Below, piece by piece: positions 27,880 through 40,532 of a DNA stretch of 64,000 nt. The notes below the pieces were generated by a model. The model was not told the origin of the DNA. It saw only the letters and a list, made by a program, of their open reading frames with translations, and did no database searches. The translations under genes were made by a program, and so were the position numbers. Source of the stretch: Eledone cirrhosa (Eukaryota); NCBI GenBank assembly GCA_964016885.1, contig OZ024741.1, positions 403,124,001-403,188,000 of the forward strand, given 5' to 3'. Position 1 is the stretch's first letter. The number at the start of each line of letters is the position of its first letter.

Positions 27880-29679
27880 TACCTATCTTCCGGCCTCTCT
27901 AGAGAATCGTAAAAGCACATATCGTTATATGCTTTTTCTATGAAAATTAGTAGTGGGCAGACTAATTTGCATAGAGTGTGAGTAAGTACCGGTTCAACGG
28001 AGACGATAAAAACAAATAACGAAACGAAATTAAATTTCGTTTCGTTTGTAACTCACTTTTGTATGACTGACGCTTAAACAATTAAGTTAAAGATGTACAT
28101 CCATATATGTATACTGAAATACTAGTATGTATATGAATACACACACGTATACATATGTAGGTGTACCAAGTTTTTTCACTGGTCACTTTACTGTGAGTGG
28201 CCAGCTATTCTGTATGTAAACACACAGACAAACCGGTTTTTAGAGTCATACTGGTTTTTGAGGAAACACCTCTCCTCTATTCTCCAGAAAGCCAGACAAG
28301 GAATATTGAACTAGTTTCGTTGTTGTTACAACTCATCAGCAATATTTACCTATCTTCCGGCCTCTCTAGAGAATCGTAAAAGCACATATCGTTATATGCT
28401 TTTTCTATGAAAATTAGTAGTGGGCAGACTAATTTGCATAGAGTGTGAGTAAGTACCGGTTCAACGGAGACGATAAAAACAAATAACGAAACGAAATTAA
28501 ATTTCGTTTCGTTTGTAACTCACTTTTGTATGACTGACGCTTAAACAATTAAGTTAAAGATGTACATCCATATATGTATACTGAAATACTAGTATGTATA
28601 TGAATACACACACGTATACATATGTAGGTGTACCAAGTTTTTTCACTGGTCACTTTACTGTGAGTGGCCAGCTATTCTGTATGTAAACACACAGACAAAC
28701 CGGTTTTTAGAGTCATACTGGTTTTTGAGGAAACACCTCTCCTCTATTCTCCAGAAAGCCAGACAAGGAATATTGAACTAGTTTCGTTGTTGTTACAACT
28801 CATCAGCAATATTTACCTATCTTCCGGCCTCTCTAGAGAATCGTAAAAGCACATATCGTTATATGCTTTTTCTATGAAAATTAGTAGTGGGCAGACTAAT
28901 TTGCATAGAGTGTGAGTAAGTACCGGTTCAACGGAGACGATAAAAACAAATAACGAAACGAAATTAAATTTCGTTTCGTTTGTAACTCACTTTTGTATGA
29001 CTGACGCTTAAACAATTAAGTTAAAGATGTACATCCATATATGTATACTGAAATACTAGTATGTATATGAATACACACACGTATACATATGTAGGTGTAC
29101 CAAGTTTTTTCACTGGTCACTTTACTGTGAGTGGCCAGCTATTCTGTATGTAAACACACAGACAAACCGGTTTTTAGAGTCATACTGGTTTTTGAGGAAA
29201 CACCTCTCCTCTATTCTCCAGAAAGCCAGACAAGGAATATTGAACTAGTTTCGTTGTTGTTACAACTCTTTCTGGAGAATAGAGGAGAGGTGTTTCCTCA
29301 AAAACCAGTATGACTCTAAAAACCGGTTTGTCTGTGTGTTTACATACAGAATAGCTGGCCACTCACAGTAAAGTGACCAGTGAAAAAACTTGGTACACCT
29401 ACATATGTATACGTGTGTGTATTCATATACATACTAGTATTTCAGTATACATATATGGATGTACATCTTTAACTTAATTGTTTAAGCGTCAGTCATACAA
29501 AAGTGAGTTACAAACGAAACGAAATTTAATTTCGTTTCGTTATTTGTTTTTATCGTCTCCGTTGAACCGGTACTTACTCACACTCTATGCAAATTAGTCT
29601 GCCCACTACTAATTTTCATAGAAAAAGCATATAACGATATGTGCTTTTACGATTCTCTAGAGAGGCCGGAAGATAGGTA

Positions 29680-29724
29680 AATATTGCTGATGAGTTGTAA
29701 CAACAACGAAACTAGTTCAATATT
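29680..29724 (+). ncRNA. Type I minimal hammerhead ribozyme (repeated at 30147, 30614, 31081, 31548, 32015, 32482, 32949, 33416)
   Basis: AATATTG-CTGATGA-GTTG(TAACAA)CAAC-GAA-ACTAGT-T-CAATATT: stem I 7 bp, intact CUGAUGA/GAAA core, stem II 4 bp, self-complementary stem III ACUAGU, predicted cleavage after GUU (29717). Confidence 0.88.
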
Positions 29725-32700
29725 CCTTGTCTGGCTTTCTGGAGAATAGAGGAGAGGTGTTTCCTCAAAAACCAGTATGACTCTAAAAACCGGTTTGTCT
29801 GTGTGTTTACATACAGAATAGCTGGCCACTCACAGTAAAGTGACCAGTGAAAAAACTTGGTACACCTACATATGTATACGTGTGTGTATTCATATACATA
29901 CTAGTATTTCAGTATACATATATGGATGTACATCTTTAACTTAATTGTTTAAGCGTCAGTCATACAAAAGTGAGTTACAAACGAAACGAAATTTAATTTC
30001 GTTTCGTTATTTGTTTTTATCGTCTCCGTTGAACCGGTACTTACTCACACTCTATGCAAATTAGTCTGCCCACTACTAATTTTCATAGAAAAAGCATATA
30101 ACGATATGTGCTTTTACGATTCTCTAGAGAGGCCGGAAGATAGGTAAATATTGCTGATGAGTTGTAACAACAACGAAACTAGTTCAATATTCCTTGTCTG
30201 GCTTTCTGGAGAATAGAGGAGAGGTGTTTCCTCAAAAACCAGTATGACTCTAAAAACCGGTTTGTCTGTGTGTTTACATACAGAATAGCTGGCCACTCAC
30301 AGTAAAGTGACCAGTGAAAAAACTTGGTACACCTACATATGTATACGTGTGTGTATTCATATACATACTAGTATTTCAGTATACATATATGGATGTACAT
30401 CTTTAACTTAATTGTTTAAGCGTCAGTCATACAAAAGTGAGTTACAAACGAAACGAAATTTAATTTCGTTTCGTTATTTGTTTTTATCGTCTCCGTTGAA
30501 CCGGTACTTACTCACACTCTATGCAAATTAGTCTGCCCACTACTAATTTTCATAGAAAAAGCATATAACGATATGTGCTTTTACGATTCTCTAGAGAGGC
30601 CGGAAGATAGGTAAATATTGCTGATGAGTTGTAACAACAACGAAACTAGTTCAATATTCCTTGTCTGGCTTTCTGGAGAATAGAGGAGAGGTGTTTCCTC
30701 AAAAACCAGTATGACTCTAAAAACCGGTTTGTCTGTGTGTTTACATACAGAATAGCTGGCCACTCACAGTAAAGTGACCAGTGAAAAAACTTGGTACACC
30801 TACATATGTATACGTGTGTGTATTCATATACATACTAGTATTTCAGTATACATATATGGATGTACATCTTTAACTTAATTGTTTAAGCGTCAGTCATACA
30901 AAAGTGAGTTACAAACGAAACGAAATTTAATTTCGTTTCGTTATTTGTTTTTATCGTCTCCGTTGAACCGGTACTTACTCACACTCTATGCAAATTAGTC
31001 TGCCCACTACTAATTTTCATAGAAAAAGCATATAACGATATGTGCTTTTACGATTCTCTAGAGAGGCCGGAAGATAGGTAAATATTGCTGATGAGTTGTA
31101 ACAACAACGAAACTAGTTCAATATTCCTTGTCTGGCTTTCTGGAGAATAGAGGAGAGGTGTTTCCTCAAAAACCAGTATGACTCTAAAAACCGGTTTGTC
31201 TGTGTGTTTACATACAGAATAGCTGGCCACTCACAGTAAAGTGACCAGTGAAAAAACTTGGTACACCTACATATGTATACGTGTGTGTATTCATATACAT
31301 ACTAGTATTTCAGTATACATATATGGATGTACATCTTTAACTTAATTGTTTAAGCGTCAGTCATACAAAAGTGAGTTACAAACGAAACGAAATTTAATTT
31401 CGTTTCGTTATTTGTTTTTATCGTCTCCGTTGAACCGGTACTTACTCACACTCTATGCAAATTAGTCTGCCCACTACTAATTTTCATAGAAAAAGCATAT
31501 AACGATATGTGCTTTTACGATTCTCTAGAGAGGCCGGAAGATAGGTAAATATTGCTGATGAGTTGTAACAACAACGAAACTAGTTCAATATTCCTTGTCT
31601 GGCTTTCTGGAGAATAGAGGAGAGGTGTTTCCTCAAAAACCAGTATGACTCTAAAAACCGGTTTGTCTGTGTGTTTACATACAGAATAGCTGGCCACTCA
31701 CAGTAAAGTGACCAGTGAAAAAACTTGGTACACCTACATATGTATACGTGTGTGTATTCATATACATACTAGTATTTCAGTATACATATATGGATGTACA
31801 TCTTTAACTTAATTGTTTAAGCGTCAGTCATACAAAAGTGAGTTACAAACGAAACGAAATTTAATTTCGTTTCGTTATTTGTTTTTATCGTCTCCGTTGA
31901 ACCGGTACTTACTCACACTCTATGCAAATTAGTCTGCCCACTACTAATTTTCATAGAAAAAGCATATAACGATATGTGCTTTTACGATTCTCTAGAGAGG
32001 CCGGAAGATAGGTAAATATTGCTGATGAGTTGTAACAACAACGAAACTAGTTCAATATTCCTTGTCTGGCTTTCTGGAGAATAGAGGAGAGGTGTTTCCT
32101 CAAAAACCAGTATGACTCTAAAAACCGGTTTGTCTGTGTGTTTACATACAGAATAGCTGGCCACTCACAGTAAAGTGACCAGTGAAAAAACTTGGTACAC
32201 CTACATATGTATACGTGTGTGTATTCATATACATACTAGTATTTCAGTATACATATATGGATGTACATCTTTAACTTAATTGTTTAAGCGTCAGTCATAC
32301 AAAAGTGAGTTACAAACGAAACGAAATTTAATTTCGTTTCGTTATTTGTTTTTATCGTCTCCGTTGAACCGGTACTTACTCACACTCTATGCAAATTAGT
32401 CTGCCCACTACTAATTTTCATAGAAAAAGCATATAACGATATGTGCTTTTACGATTCTCTAGAGAGGCCGGAAGATAGGTAAATATTGCTGATGAGTTGT
32501 AACAACAACGAAACTAGTTCAATATTCCTTGTCTGGCTTTCTGGAGAATAGAGGAGAGGTGTTTCCTCAAAAACCAGTATGACTCTAAAAACCGGTTTGT
32601 CTGTGTGTTTACATACAGAATAGCTGGCCACTCACAGTAAAGTGACCAGTGAAAAAACTTGGTACACCTACATATGTATACGTGTGTGTATTCATATACA

Positions 32701-34129
32701 TACTAGTATTTCAGTATACATATATGGATGTACATCTTTAACTTAATTGTTTAAGCGTCAGTCATACAAAAGTGAGTTACAAACGAAACGAAATTTAATT
32801 TCGTTTCGTTATTTGTTTTTATCGTCTCCGTTGAACCGGTACTTACTCACACTCTATGCAAATTAGTCTGCCCACTACTAATTTTCATAGAAAAAGCATA
32901 TAACGATATGTGCTTTTACGATTCTCTAGAGAGGCCGGAAGATAGGTAAATATTGCTGATGAGTTGTAACAACAACGAAACTAGTTCAATATTCCTTGTC
33001 TGGCTTTCTGGAGAATAGAGGAGAGGTGTTTCCTCAAAAACCAGTATGACTCTAAAAACCGGTTTGTCTGTGTGTTTACATACAGAATAGCTGGCCACTC
33101 ACAGTAAAGTGACCAGTGAAAAAACTTGGTACACCTACATATGTATACGTGTGTGTATTCATATACATACTAGTATTTCAGTATACATATATGGATGTAC
33201 ATCTTTAACTTAATTGTTTAAGCGTCAGTCATACAAAAGTGAGTTACAAACGAAACGAAATTTAATTTCGTTTCGTTATTTGTTTTTATCGTCTCCGTTG
33301 AACCGGTACTTACTCACACTCTATGCAAATTAGTCTGCCCACTACTAATTTTCATAGAAAAAGCATATAACGATATGTGCTTTTACGATTCTCTAGAGAG
33401 GCCGGAAGATAGGTAAATATTGCTGATGAGTTGTAACAACAACGAAACTAGTTCAATATTCCTTGTCTGGCTTTCTGGAGAATAGAGGAGAGGTGTTTCC
33501 TCAAAAACCAGTATGACTCTAAAAACCGGTTTGTCTGTGTGTTTACATACAGAATAGCTGGCCACTCACAGTAAAGTGACCAGTGAAAAAACTTGGTACA
33601 CCTACATATGTATACGTGTGTGTATTCATATACATACTAGTATTTCAGTATACATATATGGATGTACATCTTTAACTTAATTGTTTAAGCGTCAGTCATA
33701 CAAAAGTGAGTTACAAACGAAACGAAATTTAATTTCGTTTCGTTATTTGTTTTTATATATATATATATATATATATAAGGGATAACAAATTATCGTTATA
33801 GGTAATCCAGTTAAAGGTTGTGAATACTCCGCATTGTGGATAGTTTTAGCGTACAACGTTGTTTGACTCAACATGAGGTTTCCTGAGGTAGCGAGTTATA
33901 ACTTATTTATTATTATTTATTTATTATTTTTTCTTTTTCTTTATCTTTTTTCTTTTTTCTTCTTTCTTTTTCTCTCTATTTTTTTCTTTTTCTTTCTTTA
34001 TTACTGTTGTTGCGAGAAAACCCACAAACCCTCCATCTCAATTTTACTTTTGAAAAGCACAAGAACTGCGAAACCGGTAAAGGAACTAAATAAATATTCT
34101 TAAAAAGACTCCAGTTGCATTTTCGATTT

Positions 34130-34890
34130 CATCTTTTTTCCTTATACTTTCACTCGTGTAGGACGTCTCGTCTTTTTTCATTTTGTACTTCTCTACTTCC
34201 CCCATCCCGCCATACTTTTCAAGCCTGCTTTTTGGCCTTGATTGACTCTTCCACCTTACTGTTCCACCACCAAGTTACTCTCCTCCTGCCTATAGGTCTG
34301 CTCCAGCCACAAATTTCATCTGGCGCCTTCAGCATGTTAGCTTTCACTGTTCCTCTATATTGTACGATTCTAATTGCTCTTCCTTACTGTCAAAAGCAGT
34401 AAGGAAGATTAAATGTATTACTGGCTTTGGGGTCCTTTAACTTCCATATTTTTCTCCTGAGGATAGTCCTCCTCTGTTGTCGAGTACGTCTCGTCCTGAC
34501 TATGAGGTCGCTAACTATGAGGCTATGTTGGGAGGTGCATTCTTCATGGGGGAGGGATTTAGTGTTTACAACAGACACTCTGTCACGTCTTCTGGTAAGG
34601 ATATAATCTACCTGGCTTGTGTGTTCCCCCGATCTATAGGTGATCAAGTGATTGTCTCGTTTTTTGAAGTTTGTGTTACAGATAGTTAGGTTATTTGCGT
34701 CACAGAATTCCAGGATTCTGGAGCCTTCCTCATTTCTAGTACCAAACCTATAGCCTCCATGGATTCCGTCATAGCCGTCACAATGTTGTCCAACGTGACC
34801 ATTTAGGGCGCCAGCAATAATTATGTAGTCACTGTCGGTTATTTGGGAGGTCGTGAGCATTAACGACTCATAGAATCTGTCTTTAATACG
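34130..34890 (-). mobile_element. RTE LINE internal fragment (APE endonuclease region), degenerate
   Basis: ...AGALNGHVG...GTRNEEGSRILEFCD...TNFKK..HLITYRSG...QVDYIL, homologous to ORF 47913-51029. Confidence 0.85.
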
Positions 34891-35659
34891 TTCAGCAAGA
34901 GAAATGTTTATACATGAATTAATTTCTCTTTGGAAGATTTCGTTGAGGGAAATTTTCAATTGTTTATACTTTTGATTATTATCATTATCGATAGTATTTT
35001 CCACAACAGTCGAGGTAGACTCGGATGGTACACGTGGTGTTAAATTTCTTCGATTATTATTATTATCGAGTGTTGTCCCCCAGCATTCGAGGTAGACTTA
35101 GATAGTACACATGGTGTCAAATTTCTTACAGTTTCAAGGCACTGTTCGACCTGGCTGCTAGGAAGTCTAGAAGCATGGCGACCTGTAGCACATGTTGTTG
35201 ATTCCATGTTTGTTGTGGTGGACTTACTGTAGTGACCTACATTCCGCGGGCTCACATACATTCTCTGTGCGTGATTTGGCTCAGCTCAGCCAATCAGCGC
35301 CAGTAGAAGAGAATGTATCTCTACGCGCCCTGAGGGAAAAATTCCCGCGTTTATTTGAAGAATCAGCCTCTCGCATCCCAAACTTCGAAGGAGCAGTACG
35401 TACAGCATGTGACGGTGAGATTTTGCACTTTGGCCTGCCGGCCTTCCTAGGGCCTGGCACATTCCCTTTTGTAACCTCATTTTATGTGTAACTTCAACCA
35501 TACAAATTGACAAACATTATTTGTGCTACAACAAAAATAAACATACATTTCATCTCTAATTTCTGCTGTTGACATCATTATTATGTTACTCGTGTCCCAA
35601 TAACATTTATATATTATGCTGCTAAATTACAATTAATAATATTTATTTTATTTTTACGT

Positions 35660-35950
35660 TCAACAAACGTTGCTTATTGGCGTAATTGTTTCGCTGTGAA
35701 GTGATTTAGCTCTGGGTGTATTTCGTCCCAGTGTAGCTTCATTCTGTTCATATAGCCAATGGAGGGATTGTTTTTTGCCATTTTATAACAATTAAATAAA
35801 TCATCATTAAGTTCGCAACTCCAAGAGAAATGCGATTTATAATTTTGGTTTCTTCTGTAGCTACAACAGAATAAACTTTGTTTACCTTTCTCGTTTTTCT
35901 TCGGTATTCCACTGATGTTGTTGATGTTGTGTTCAGCCATGCTGTTTGTA
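35660..35950 (-). mobile_element. Probable N-terminal fragment of an R4/Dong-like non-LTR element ORF
   Basis: WS.ELN.DL..CY..A.....GYM.RMK..WD..HPE....T.KQLR resembles the R4-clade N-terminal region (recalled, not searched). Confidence 0.4.
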
Positions 35951-36727
35951 GCAAATCCTTGTAAAATGAATTAAGTATTTAGTCGGATATCTCTAAGAAT
36001 TCGAATAAACGGTGTCTTCAGTGGATATAGTTAGAAGAATATCCAGTTATTCAACATGACTTGTAGTTGTAGCATTACTGTCGGAGATGGTATTCATCTT
36101 AAATTTAATGAAAAGTCTCCCACGCCAAAATATGCGACTGATCGCGTTGACTGTATAGTGTACTGTATGTAGTATGTATGTATATTCAAAAATAAAAACC
36201 ACGTTTGAATAAACTGTAATGAAGAGCTATCCACATACACGCATACAGACACACACATAGACACAAACACTAACACACACGCATATATATATGAATGTAC
36301 GTATAGCATATTTGATAATATACTGTATGTTTATTTTAAAACATTTTGAAGACCATTCGCTATGAGTTTTAAAGTAATGCCTACATCACTTACTTGGTCT
36401 CGGCGAAAAATAAAAATGGTGGGAGAGCATATCGAAGCTTCCCTCCACGGATAATATGGCGAGAACTTTGCTGCAAAGATCAGCTGGTTATATCTACTAT
36501 TGTATATTGAGAGTTGTGTTAAGGCCAGGTCAGGCTTCTGCCTGTGACTTGGTACCATTTCCATGGCATGTATGGTGCCGTAACTCCCGGGGGAATCGTG
36601 TCGACATACGACGTATCTAGGGTATTTTAAAACCTGGTGGAGCCCATCTCTCTCTCTCCAGGTCTGAATACAGCAGATTTCCCCCAGAGAAGGATAGAGA
36701 GAGTGAGAAATAGATATAGAAGAAAAA

Positions 36728-39445
36728 TCGATCCCAGTACTTGACTGGTACTTTTTTTTATCGACCTTGAATGGATAAATGGCAAAGTTGACCTCGGCGG
36801 GATTTGAACTGAGAGAGTAGAGAGCCGGAACAAACACCACACAACATTCTATCATACGTTCTAACCACTCTGCCATTCTATCTTACGTTCTAACCACACA
36901 ACATTCTATCTGACGTTCTAACCACACAACATTCTATCTGACGTTCTAACCACACAACATTCTATCTGACGTTCTAACCACACAACATTCTATCTTACGT
37001 TCTAACCACTTTACCATTCTATCTGACGTTCTAACCACACAACATTCTATCTGAAGTTCTAACCACTCTGCCATTCTATCTGACGTTCTAACCACACAAC
37101 ATTCTATCTTACGTTCTAACCACTTTACCATTCTATCTGACGTTCTAACCACACAACATTCTATCTGAAGTTCTAACCACTCTGCCATTCTATCTGACGT
37201 TCTAACCACTCTGCCATTCTATCTGACGTTCTAACCACACAACATTCTATCTGACGTTCTAACCACACAACATTCTATCTGACGTTCTAACCACTCTGCC
37301 ATTCTATCTGACGTTCTAACCACTCTGCCATTCTATCTGACGTTCTAACAACTCTACCATTCTATCTGACGTTCTAACCACACAACATTCTATCTGACGT
37401 TCTAACCACTCTGCCATTCTATCTGACGTTCTAACCACACAACATTCTATCTGACGTTCTAACCACTCTGCCATTCTATCTGACGTTCTAACCACTCTGC
37501 CATTCTATCTGACGTTCTAACCACTCTACCATTCTATCTGACGTTCTAACCACACAACATTCTATCTTACGTTCTAACCACTTTACCATTCTATCTGACG
37601 TTCTAACCACACAACATTCTATCTGAAGTTCTAACCACTCTGCCATTCTATCTGACGTTCTAACCACTCTGCCATTCTATCTGACGTTCTAACCACACAA
37701 CATTCTATCTGACGTTCTAACCACACAACATTCTATCTGACGTTCTAACCACTCTGCCATTCTATCTGACGTTCTAACCACTCTGCCATTCTATCTGACG
37801 TTCTAACCACTCTACCATTCTATCTGACGTTCTAACCACACAACATTCTATCTGACGTTCTAACCACTCTGCCATTCTATCTGACGTTCTAACCACACAA
37901 CATTCTATCTGACGTTCTAACCACTCTGCCATTCTATCTGACGTTCTAACCACTCTGCCATTCTATCTGACGTTCTAACCACTCTACCATTCTATCTGAC
38001 GTTCTAACCACACAACATTCTATCTGACGTTCTAACCACTCTGCCATTCTATCTGACGTTCTAACCACACAACATTCTATCTGACGTTCTAACCACACAA
38101 CATTCTATCTGACGTTCTAACCACTCTGCCATTCTATCTGACGTTCTAACCACACAACATTCTATCTGACGTTCTAACCACACAACATTCTATCTGACGT
38201 TCTAACCACTCTGCCATTCTATCTGACGTTCTAACCACACAACATTCTATCTGACGTTCTAACCACACAACATTCTATCTGACGTTCTAACCACTCTGCC
38301 ATTCTATCTGAGGTTCTAACCACACAACATTCTATCTGACGTTCTAACCACACAACATTCTATCTGAGGTTCTAACCACACAACATTCTATCTGACGTTC
38401 TAACCACACAACATTCTATCTGACGTTCTAACCACACAACATTCTATCTGACGTTCTAACCACTCTGCCATTCTATCTGACGTTCTAACCACACAACATT
38501 CTATCTGAGGTTCTAACCACACAACATTCTATCTGACGTTCTAACCACACAACATTCTATCTGACGTTCTAACCACACAACATTCTATCTGACGTTCTAA
38601 CCACTCTGCCATTCTATCTGAGGTTCTAACCACACAACATTCTATCTGACGTTCTAACCACTCTGCCATTCTATCTGACGTTCTAACCACACAACATTCT
38701 ATCTGAGGTTCTAACCACACAACATTCTATCTGACGTTCTAACCACACAACATTCTATCTGACGTTCTAACCACACAACATTCTATCTGACGTTCTAACC
38801 ACTCTACCATTCTATCTGACGTTCTAACCACTCTGCCATTCTATCTGACGTTCTAACCACTCTGCCATTCTATCTGAGGTTCTAACCACACAACATTCTA
38901 TCTGACGTTCTAACCACACAACATTCTATCTGAGGTTCTAACCACACAACATTCTATCTGACGTTCTAACCACACAACATTCTATCTGAGGTTCTAACCA
39001 CACAACATTCTATCTGACGTTCTAACCACACAACATTCTATCTGACGTTCTAACCACACAACATTCTATCTGACGTTCTAACCACACAACATTCTATCTG
39101 ACGTTCTAACCACTCTGCCATTCTATCTGACGTTCTAACCACTCTGCCATTCTATCTGAGGTTCTAACCACACAACATTCTATCTGACGTTCTAACCACA
39201 CAACATTCTATCTGAGGTTCTAACCACACAACATTCTATCTGACGTTCTAACCACACAACATTCTATCTGACGTTCTAACCACACAACATTCTATCTGAC
39301 GTTCTAACCACACAACATTCTATCTGACGTTCTAACCACTCTGCCATTCTATCTGACGTTCTAACCACTCTGCCATTCTATCTGACGTTCTAACCACTCT
39401 GCCATTCTATCTGACGTTCTAACCACTTTACCAATCCTCCGCCTA
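36728..39445 (-). mobile_element. tRNA-derived SINE whose 5' region is expanded into a minisatellite
   Basis: On the minus strand: GGCGGAGGATTGG..., A-box-like TGGCAGAGTGG, B-box GTTCAAATCC, body ccgccgaggtcaactttgcc...aagtaccagtcaagtactggg. The body is shared with copies at about 41610-41710 and 54770-54930. Confidence 0.75.
36835..39432. repeat. 28/29-bp two-variant minisatellite, about 90 copies
   Basis: cattctatctgacgttctaaccacacaa (28 bp) and cattctatctgacgttctaaccactctgc (29 bp) are interspersed. Confidence 0.96.
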
Positions 39446-40149
39446 AGTCATACATACAAATGAAAATAAAACAATTACAGTCCAGTCCCTATTTGAGTAG
39501 AATTCTTTCCAGGAGAATCTTTATAAATCCAACATAATCAATTTGATGAATCGACCTAGTTTGAGCTACAAATGGTATGGACAATCTATAAATCATTTCT
39601 AATGATCAGTCAGATAATCAATATCACTTCATGAAAACATAAAAAGCCGATCTCCTTTGATGATGTACAGTGAAGTTTTAAAAAGGAGAAGCTATAGATA
39701 AATTCAACGAAAGTCGGTTAAGAAATCCGATTGCTTTCAATAACACTGGTTACTACATGCAGTGCAATAATCAATTGGATTCAAACGATATATATATATA
39801 AATACACACACACACGCACGCACGCATATATATATACACATATAGTGAAAAAAATGTGGACGTTAGAAAACGTTTTATACAGATCACATTATATAAGGAA
39901 CAAGATAATAAAAAAGGGGTTTGCTCAAGCAGAAGCAGCCTTAACATTGTGACCGTAAATCAATATGCAAGAGTCTGAACGAAAGGACAATTAAACTTAA
40001 AAAGAAATGTTTTTCAAAATCTGAAAATGGAGAAAGCAAGCTATGTTAAACATCAATCTTTGTACATGTTATAAAGAAAACACACACACATACATCAGGT
40101 GCGCTTTTCGACCCCCTTTTTTATTATCATTTTCCCTATATAAATATAT

Positions 40150-40342
40150 ATAAAGAAGTGCCAAGAAATCCCAGTAGAAGGAAGGCCACGAAAAACATGA
40201 GTGGAGGTGGTGAGAGCAGACCTCAGATTGCTGAAACTCACAGTGGAGATGACGAAGGACCGTGACAAGTGGAGAGATGCCGTGCTGAATAGGGCCCGCT
40301 CAACCCTTGCAAGCAGGGAAAAGCGGACGTAAAATGATGATA
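40150..40342 (+). mobile_element. RTE LINE 3'-end fragment
   Basis: Near-identical to 50835-51040, ending gcggacgtaaaatgatgat. Confidence 0.9.
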
Positions 40343-40474
40343 ATATATATATATAACAATGAGTTATATGCTTTGCTGATGAATATTTAACAGAGTTAAA
40401 TTTATTACAGATGTGAAGCACTCTACAGTCACATAAATATTTAAAATAGAAAATATCTTTATAACAACATATAT

Positions 40475-40532
40475 ATTTTATTACACATATTTCAAGGATA
40501 CCAGATTATAGTATGCTTTCTTCAGATAAAAT
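40475..40532 (-). ncRNA. Hammerhead-like motif in a PLE-type remnant
   Basis: ATTTTAT-CTGAAGA-AAGCATACTA(TAATC)TGGTATCCTT-GAA-ATATGTGT-A-ATAAAAT. Confidence 0.65.

Larger units (their letters stand above)
27613..33756. mobile_element. Retrozyme-like array: 467-bp HHR-containing unit, ~3.5 copies in the left arm (HHR on -) and ~9.6 copies in the right arm (HHR on +), head-to-head, flanked by (TA)n
   Basis: The 467-bp period is exact (the same spurious ORF recurs every 467 bp). Orientation switches at 29268. One type I HHR per unit; (TA)n at both ends. Confidence 0.85.

Noticed and set aside
27730-33565. Fourteen 60-aa ORFs (MASYSVCKH...)
   Set aside because: GTG-initiated, antisense to the ribozyme strand, no recognisable domain; they only mark the 467-bp period.
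27613-33756. CRISPR array or 5S/snRNA/tRNA gene cluster
   Set aside because: No unique spacers, eukaryotic context, and no recognisable 5S, snRNA or tRNA sequence in the unit.
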